Virus record (IMG/VR): IMGVR_UViG_2706794668_000013
Length of the DNA: 4,483 nt
Direction: 5' to 3' (one strand)
Origin: a virus
Taxonomy: Duplodnaviria > Heunggongvirae > Uroviricota > Caudoviricetes
Positions 1 through 4,483 of the stretch are shown in pieces. A model generated the notes under the pieces. The model was not told the origin of the DNA, did not search any database, and worked only from the letters and a program-made list of their open reading frames with translations. The translations under genes were made by a program, and so were the position numbers. Position 1 is the first letter of the stretch; the number at the start of each line of letters is the position of its first letter.

Positions 1-163
1 CACAACATCCGAGGACAGCATCGTCCGCCAGCCTACAGAAGTCCGGAAAGCCATGGAAGGTCGTTGGGAGGAGGTACGAATTCTATCATGCAAAAAATAC
101 GTAAAATCGATAACGCCTAGAAATCATTCAATACTCGCACTATCGAAAGTTTACCAGCCAACC

Positions 164-192
164 GCGGCACGTTCCTGCATACGACGTGCCGC
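164..192. terminator. Perfect 9-bp stem / 11-nt loop hairpin located 8 nt past the last minus-strand stop codon; candidate transcription terminator or RNA stability element
   Basis: GCGGCACGT (164-172) pairs perfectly with ACGTGCCGC (184-192), 7 of 9 pairs G:C. No U-tract follows on the minus-strand transcript; the plus strand has a T-rich run after it (193-206, AGCTTCTGTTATTC), so it could equally terminate a convergent plus-strand transcript. Confidence 0.35.
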
Positions 193-200
193 AGCTTCTG

Positions 201-764
201 TTATTCCACGATAAAATTCCTAACCGAATTCAAATCCTTCAGACTATTCAGCTCTTCCTTCAGCTCCCGCTGACGGCGATAAATCTCGTCATTGCGCTCA
301 ACCTGTGCCTGAGCCATTGCTGCCGCCAGTTCTTCCAGTTCCGGCATCGACTGTTTCACCTGCTGATTATCGGCATCACCCCACGTCATCACGTCCCGTA
401 CAATGTCGGATTTCGCAGCCATTACCACCGGATAAAGGCGGCCCAGTGAGTTGGGGCCAGCATTCCAGATACGACCGTTCCATTCAAACGTGAACGGCTT
501 CGCCTCCTGTTCTGTGCGCCATGCTTCAATTTCCTGACGTCTGGCCTCTCTGGCCGCTTCCAGCATTTCTGGTGTCACAGTGAATGGGGCTATCTCACCC
601 CATTTGCCACTTTGCAGTTCCTGCCAGATTCGCTGACCCGTCGGTGCGACATCATCAGCGGTGGCTGTGTAGGGGACTGCCTGGTCCCTGTCGTCAAAAA
701 AAACGTCACAGTCTACTGCGCCACTTTCGGTATAACGGGGATTAATGATTTTTTTAATTTCCAC
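201..764 (-). CDS. Hypothetical protein, probably the assembly chaperone for the Stf-like fibre
   Basis: ORF open from 824 to the TAA at 201-203 with protein-like composition. Preferred start is the GTG at 762-764, preceded by GAGGAA with a 6-nt spacer and lying just after the upstream TGA (775-777); the first ATG at 822-824 would overlap the upstream gene by 50 nt and has no Shine-Dalgarno. Function is inferred from position (small gene directly 3' of a fibre gene), not from recognised homology. Confidence 0.6.
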   Translation of the reverse strand: MEIKKIINPRYTESGAVDCDVFFDDRDQAVPYTATADDVAPTGQRIWQELQSGKWGEIAPFTVTPEMLEAAREARRQEIEAWRTEQEAKPFTFEWNGRIWNAGPNSLGRLYPVVMAAKSDIVRDVMTWGDADNQQVKQSMPELEELAAAMAQAQVERNDEIYRRQRELKEELNSLKDLNSVRNFIVE

Positions 765-774
765 GGTGCATTCC

Positions 775-1899
775 TCACGATGTGCGAATAAAAAGCCCGG
801 GCATTGCGCCAGAGACATGAGCATCCGGCACCCCGGACAGGGCGCTATATGACCCCGGTAATGAATGCTCTGAACATCCCGTAATGAAAAATTGTGGGGA
901 TGCTATATACGTTCCGGTGGGAGTACTGGGCACTGAAATCCCCACCGGTCCCAGTCGTGAGCCTCTGTATGACTGCCCCCTGACAAGTCTGATGACTTTA
1001 TCACCGTCAGCTTCTCCCTGGTACGCAGCAATAATCAGCCCGCCAATGTCAGGGTCTCCCCATCTGTTGCAGACAGAGCTCGCCACGATTCTGTAAATAA
1101 TATCTTCTGTGGTTATATTTATTTTCACCCAGCCAGTCAGTCTGGATATGGGCCAGTAGCAGTAGCGGGTGTGATAAATGGGGCCGTTAATGCCGTAAAA
1201 AGTAAGGGATTTGGCTCTGTACCTCGGTTCTGTTGTCTCAGGGCGTGCATCAGTCCACCGGATGCTGAGCACCCCTTCAAACCGTGTGTCGGGTATGATG
1301 ATGTCGTAGGGGCCAGCAACGGAATATTCACCTGGCAGCGCATTCCTTACCCAGGCCAGGAAATCACTCTTAGTGTCAAAACGGATAACATCTTCAGGCA
1401 GAAAAGCACACCCAAAGCCGAATGCGCCGGGTATCGCCAGACGGCCTTTTGTCCGGTCGTAAATGTCGCTCTGTGCTTCCATCGTGGCCGCACTTTTCAG
1501 CCCCAGATTATCCTGCGCCGTCTGCTGTGCGTTTCCGGCTGCGGCCCCGGCGCTCTGCTGCGCCTGCGCCACCATTTCCTCAAAGCGTTTGACGACATCC
1601 GGTTTCAGGTCGCCCTCATCAGGAGCAATCAGAAAGTCATTCAGCGTGCCGGGCTTTGAGTCGTCGTATACAGCAATGTCGCCAACACAGTACTCGTCGC
1701 GCCAGTCCCGTTTCAGATACACGCAATATTTTCCGACCTGTGCCTCAAACGAATATTCACCGTTATTTCCGGTCACTACATCAGCCCTGGTACGCATCAC
1801 CACTTCTGAGGTGTTTACACGGGATTTCAGAATAATCTGGCATCCGGACATGGGGATGCCTGCGCCATCAGTCAGCGCACCTGATATCACTACAGACAT
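775..1899 (-). CDS. stf: Second tail fibre protein: lambda Stf-like N-terminal tail-attachment domain, Ala/Gln-rich linker, unrecognised C-terminal domain
   Basis: N-terminus MSVVISGALTDGAGIPMSGCQIILKSRVNTSEVV...YDDSKPGTLNDFLIAPDEGDLKPDVVKRFEEMV aligns by eye with the lambda Stf N-terminus (MAVKISGVLKDGTGKPVQNCTIQLKARRNSTTVV...YEDSQPGTLNDFLCAMTEDDARPEVLRRLELMV), i.e. the prophage tail fibre N-terminal domain. It is followed by an Ala/Gln-rich stretch (AQAQQSAGAAAGNAQQTAQ). A weak GAGA motif lies 7 nt before the ATG, which is 21 nt downstream of the tfa stop. Confidence 0.85.
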   Translation of the reverse strand: MSVVISGALTDGAGIPMSGCQIILKSRVNTSEVVMRTRADVVTGNNGEYSFEAQVGKYCVYLKRDWRDEYCVGDIAVYDDSKPGTLNDFLIAPDEGDLKPDVVKRFEEMVAQAQQSAGAAAGNAQQTAQDNLGLKSAATMEAQSDIYDRTKGRLAIPGAFGFGCAFLPEDVIRFDTKSDFLAWVRNALPGEYSVAGPYDIIIPDTRFEGVLSIRWTDARPETTEPRYRAKSLTFYGINGPIYHTRYCYWPISRLTGWVKINITTEDIIYRIVASSVCNRWGDPDIGGLIIAAYQGEADGDKVIRLVRGQSYRGSRLGPVGISVPSTPTGTYIASPQFFITGCSEHSLPGSYSALSGVPDAHVSGAMPGLFIRTS

Positions 1900-1922
1900 A
1901 GTTTTTCTCGCGATAAATTAAA

Positions 1923-2468
1923 TCAGGAAGAACCTTCCGGAGAGACGGACCATTCAATGGCGTTATATGAGGATTTATCAGTGATGGTGCTGAAATCCAT
2001 CGCCTGCAGCGATTTCGCGTAAATACGGTACGCTTTCAGTTTTTCCCGGTCTTCGTCGCTGATTAGCCCCAGCAGCAGGTCTTCTTCCCATTCCCCTGTC
2101 CGGGCACTGACCTGAGCCAGAAGGGCATCACGCTCATCTTCCGCTTTGAGTCTGTAGTCAAAGACAAATTCATCATTGCGGTAAAACCAGTAACCCGGCG
2201 CGGTAATGCGGCGGTTGGCGGTAATATCAGGAACTTCAATAACACTGGCGTTACGGGGTTCAATGCCTGTCACATCCTTACCGACCCACACCACGCGCCC
2301 GTCTCCGGTGTAAACCATTTTTATGGTGTCACTGGCAAAGTTCTTCTGTTCTTCATACCAGTTTTTGCCGTCTTCCGAAAAAAGCCAGGTGACATCATAC
2401 TGTTTTGTCAGCTGATATTATTCCGCGGTTTTCGGATTACCTGCCGTAATATTTTTTAAATGCAACAT
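1923..2468 (-). pseudogene. tfa: Tail fibre assembly protein (Tfa / Mu U-type chaperone) interrupted by a single in-frame TAA at codon 17
   Basis: ATG at 2466-2468, two nt after the fibre stop, encodes MLHLKNITAGNPKTAE then TAA (2418-2420). The same frame continues without further stops as YQLTKQYDVTWLFSEDGKNWYEEQKNF...EVPDITANRR... to the stop at 1923-1925. The intact family N-terminus, as I recall it, is MMHLKNI..NPKTKEQYQLTK, so the TAA sits where a conserved Gln (CAA) codon is expected. The longest uninterrupted ORF is 1923..2318 (131 aa, from an internal Met). Confidence 0.8.
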
Positions 2469-2470
2469 TG

Positions 2471-3511
2471 TTAAATACTCGCTACGTTATACCAGGTGCC
2501 ATTAATCAGTTTTTGCAGCGGTCGGTAATACACGCCGTTGACGTTATCCGCTGAGTTACGGCCGGTATCCGATATCGATATCCCTGACAGCCCGTGTCCC
2601 GAAGGTGAGCGAAATGTCCACGAAACGGTGTTACTGCCGGGGGGGTAATACATTTCATAACCATACCGCACATCCTGCACGCCACCATTTCGCTGCTGGT
2701 AACGGGCATCAAAGTTTCCGTAGTCTGACGGTGTTACCCGTCCTGTAACGTTTACAGCTTTATTACTCTGGATACTGCCACTCTGAAAACGCAACACATG
2801 CACGCTATTGGCATAAACATCCAGCAGGCCATCACCATTCTGTTTGAATCCGGTGTCATTATCACCAAGAACAATTGAATTCCCCCCCAGGGCGTTCTGA
2901 ACGCCGATACCCAGCGCACCATTGACCTGCGAACCACCGCCAACAGACACTTTATGCGACATGGATATTTCACCCGTCCGCAGATTAATGGTGAACGGGC
3001 GCAGGGGACCAATATCGCCATTTTCCCCCTGACCTTCACTGGTGGGAATAAGGTGCAGGCACTCTTCCGAACGACGAAAAATCAGGCCAAAAGCTTCGTT
3101 GAAAATCCTCAGCGCATTAACACCACGGATTTTCAGCTCTCCGGTCATGGTGTCGCCATCACGCTGAACGGCATTTTTTGCCTTATCCACCGTGGGTTTT
3201 AATCCGAGGTTTTCAACAGCCTCATCCCTGTCTTCCACATCCGAAAGGTTATTTTTTATCAGCAATGCCTCTTCGTTAATTGCACCGCCCACCAGCAATA
3301 ATATAGCCTTATATAGCTGGTCGTGTTCTTCTTTATTCAGTTCTATCCCGGCCTTCTCAATGACACCACAGATTTCCTCCTGAATGGCATTCCACATGGC
3401 ACTGTTCAGCCAGGTAGCAAGACGTCCTGTGCGAAGATTTCCGTCAGTAAATCCGTTCTTACCCGGACCAAACTTATCTTTTACCGCAGTCAGCGTATCA
3501 ATCCTGTGCAT
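2471..3511 (-). CDS. Tail fibre protein with a P2 gpH / Mu S-like C-terminal region
   Basis: C-terminal residues (NALGGNSIVLGDNDTGFKQNGDGLLDVYANS...RPLQKLINGTWYNVASI) closely match the conserved C-terminus of P2 H-type fibres (recalled as ...NALGGSSIVLGDNDTGFKQNGDGILDVYANS...INGTWYNVAQV). The internal motif VENLGLKPTVDKAKNAVQRDGDTMTGEL is the conserved fibre junction motif. Start chosen at the third in-frame ATG (3509-3511) because GAGG lies 6 nt upstream; the ORF is open from 3523 and ATGs at 3523 or 3517 are alternatives. The start overlaps the gp48-like gene by 14-26 nt. Confidence 0.9.
   Translation of the reverse strand: MHRIDTLTAVKDKFGPGKNGFTDGNLRTGRLATWLNSAMWNAIQEEICGVIEKAGIELNKEEHDQLYKAILLLVGGAINEEALLIKNNLSDVEDRDEAVENLGLKPTVDKAKNAVQRDGDTMTGELKIRGVNALRIFNEAFGLIFRRSEECLHLIPTSEGQGENGDIGPLRPFTINLRTGEISMSHKVSVGGGSQVNGALGIGVQNALGGNSIVLGDNDTGFKQNGDGLLDVYANSVHVLRFQSGSIQSNKAVNVTGRVTPSDYGNFDARYQQRNGGVQDVRYGYEMYYPPGSNTVSWTFRSPSGHGLSGISISDTGRNSADNVNGVYYRPLQKLINGTWYNVASI
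3194..3219. other. Sequence resembling a Gin/Hin/Cin/Pin-family invertase crossover site, embedded in the tail fibre gene
   Basis: GGGTTTTAATCC-GA-GGTTTTCAACAG. The right half matches the recalled hix half-site GGTTTTCAAGAA at 10 of 12 positions, the core is GA as in gixL, and the left half is a poor match (about 6 of 12). It encodes the conserved fibre motif VENLGLKP. Confidence 0.3.
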
Positions 3512-4088
3512 CTTCATCCTCATCTGGATAGGAAAATAAAACGACGGTGTGTGACGGACATAATTTATTAATCACGCACTCCGCAACCGTATCCCCCCAC
3601 GTCCGGATCGGTGTGTTGCAGGCGTCCGTGCATGTCTGCCACTGAGCACCGGCATCCATCGGCAACGTCACACGCCAGAAATAACGCCAGCGATCTCCCC
3701 ATTCCGGATCGGGGCTTGCATCCAAGTGCTGGAACTGTTCGATCGTTACGCCGGTATATCCCAGCGCCTCAAGCTGATCCAGGAAGAACTGCTCATTTAT
3801 GCCACCAGCCACATTGGCTTTTGCTTCAAGACGTTGCTGACGCTGGCGTAATGTCTGGGTTCCGACAGGGGAACAGGAATCAGGTAAACCATACAATTCT
3901 TCATAACGTTCAATCAGCTCTGTGGACTGACCGGGATCGATTTCAATCACCAGTTCATCAGCCCGCTGGTGAACACGCACAAGCGATGGTGCCAGACCGT
4001 CAAGTACACCGTCGGTATCTGACCATGCAGGCCCCGGCGGCATCAGTCCGTACAGCAGCTTTGTATAATCATCCTGTAACGAATCCAT
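3498..4088 (-). CDS. Phage tail protein of the Mu gp48 / DUF2313 (YmfQ-like) family
   Basis: 196-aa ORF whose N-terminus (MDSLQDDYTKLLYGLMPPGPAW...ELYGLP) fits the pattern I recall for DUF2313/gp48-like proteins. Start is coupled to the upstream stop (TAATG) and the gene sits directly upstream of a tail fibre gene. Confidence 0.85.
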   Translation of the reverse strand: MDSLQDDYTKLLYGLMPPGPAWSDTDGVLDGLAPSLVRVHQRADELVIEIDPGQSTELIERYEELYGLPDSCSPVGTQTLRQRQQRLEAKANVAGGINEQFFLDQLEALGYTGVTIEQFQHLDASPDPEWGDRWRYFWRVTLPMDAGAQWQTCTDACNTPIRTWGDTVAECVINKLCPSHTVVLFSYPDEDEDAQD

Positions 4089-4483
4089 TATTTACTCCTT
4101 GCCGGGTCATAAGCCTGCCAGGTGATCTCGCCGAGCACCGGAAGCTCGGTCTCCCCCAGGTCAATATCCGATGAAGGGACGATTAACCGGTGGGCCACTT
4201 CACCAGCAGACAAACTGATGGCCTCACTGATTCTGGACAGATACATACGCCCCTCTGGCACACCATCCCGTAACATCAGTGCATTCAGCTCTGCTTTTAT
4301 TGCAGTCCTGATCTGCGGTGTGTCTTTCGATAATGCAATCGTCATCGGGATGACTTTTTCTGTGGCACCGAATACATACAATCCGCTTCCGGCAACAGGT
4401 GCCAGAGGAAGGATGTGGTCCCTGACTGCGTTAATCACGCTTTCATCCGGGGCCGGGCGTTCCGGATCGTTTGTCGCCACCAT
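4088..4483 (-). CDS. Baseplate J-like protein (Mu gp47 / JayE-like), C-terminal part only; the 5' end lies beyond the window edge
   Basis: Minus-strand ORF open to the window edge; the ATG at 4481-4483 is probably not the true start. Its TAA stop (4088-4090) overlaps the ATG of the next gene (4086-4088) as TAATG, the usual arrangement upstream of gp48-like genes in Mu-type baseplate modules. Family assignment rests on this position plus general sequence character, not on a search. Confidence 0.7.
   Translation of the reverse strand: MVATNDPERPAPDESVINAVRDHILPLAPVAGSGLYVFGATEKVIPMTIALSKDTPQIRTAIKAELNALMLRDGVPEGRMYLSRISEAISLSAGEVAHRLIVPSSDIDLGETELPVLGEITWQAYDPARSK

Noticed and set aside
60-110. 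Promoter-like hexamers (TAAAAT at 102-107; TAGAAT on the minus strand) and a GGAGGAGG run followed by a 10-codon ORF
   Set aside because: The -35 partners are poor, there is no downstream gene in the right orientation within the window, and the mini-ORF is too short to interpret.
1-200. Possible tRNA or attachment site at the end of the prophage tail module
   Set aside because: No tRNA-like T-loop or acceptor-stem motifs (such as GGTTCGAATCC) and no recognisable att-like repeats were found in this segment.
2-211. Open reading frame on the plus strand running from the window edge to a TAA at 209-211 (frame 2, about 70 codons, no start in window); also frame 1 open to the TAG at 118-120
   Set aside because: It could be the 3' end of a convergent gene beyond the window, but there is no start codon, no recognisable protein sequence, and it would run through the hairpin and overlap the minus-strand stop. 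I cannot support it from the sequence alone.
186-493. Plus-strand ORFs 186..449 and 305..493
   Set aside because: Antisense to the putative chaperone gene; short, overlapping each other, compositionally odd (Leu/Pro/His-rich).
884-1096. Plus-strand ORF 884..1096 (70 aa)
   Set aside because: Antisense within the Stf-like fibre gene; no support.
1171-1921. Plus-strand ORFs 1171..1659 (162 aa) and 1463..1921 (152 aa)
   Set aside because: They lie antisense to the Stf-like fibre gene, whose minus-strand frame has clear lambda Stf N-terminal similarity. Their translations are low-complexity (Cys/Ala/Arg/Ser-rich) as expected for the shadow frame of a GC-rich coding region, and they have no ribosome-binding-site context.
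2571-2582. Perfect 12-bp palindrome GATATCGATATC
   Set aside because: It arises directly from the repeated codons ATA TCG ATA TCG encoding Ile-Ser-Ile-Ser in the fibre C-terminus. There are no flanking repeats or operator-like context, so it is a coding by-product.
1137-3039. Nested minus-strand ORFs in alternative frames (1137..1343, 2063..2263, 2506..2712, 2752..3039)
   Set aside because: Each lies wholly inside a longer, homology-supported gene in a different frame on the same strand; these are ordinary out-of-frame artefacts.
2954-3571. Plus-strand ORFs 2954..3202, 3192..3383 and 3323..3571
   Set aside because: Antisense to the first tail fibre gene, whose minus-strand frame is strongly supported by its conserved C-terminus; short and unrecognisable.
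3603-3715. 9-10-bp direct repeat (TCCGGATCGG / CCGGATCGGG) about 100 bp apart
   Set aside because: Too short to be significant, lies inside the gp48-like coding sequence, and has no further repeat units, so it is not a CRISPR or tandem array.
3611-4174. Plus-strand ORF 3611..4174 (187 aa)
   Set aside because: Antisense to the gp48-like and J-like genes; His/Arg/Pro-rich shadow-frame translation with no recognisable family.

Overview
The window holds the distal end of a myovirus-type (Mu/e14-like) prophage tail late operon, with every supported gene on the minus strand and tightly packed. Reading in the direction of transcription (high to low coordinates): a baseplate J-like gene cut by the window edge, a Mu gp48/DUF2313-like tail gene, a tail fibre with a P2 H / Mu S-like C-terminus, its Tfa-type assembly chaperone interrupted by one in-frame TAA, a second fibre with a lambda Stf-like N-terminal domain, a probable partner chaperone, and a strong hairpin just past the last stop. 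I found no rRNA, tRNA, CRISPR array, transposase or integrase. The most interesting points are the tandem, same-orientation pair of fibre/chaperone cassettes of different evolutionary origin, the single nonsense codon in the first chaperone, and an invertase crossover-site-like sequence inside the first fibre gene. All homology statements come from recognising the translated sequences by eye and memory; no database search was run.
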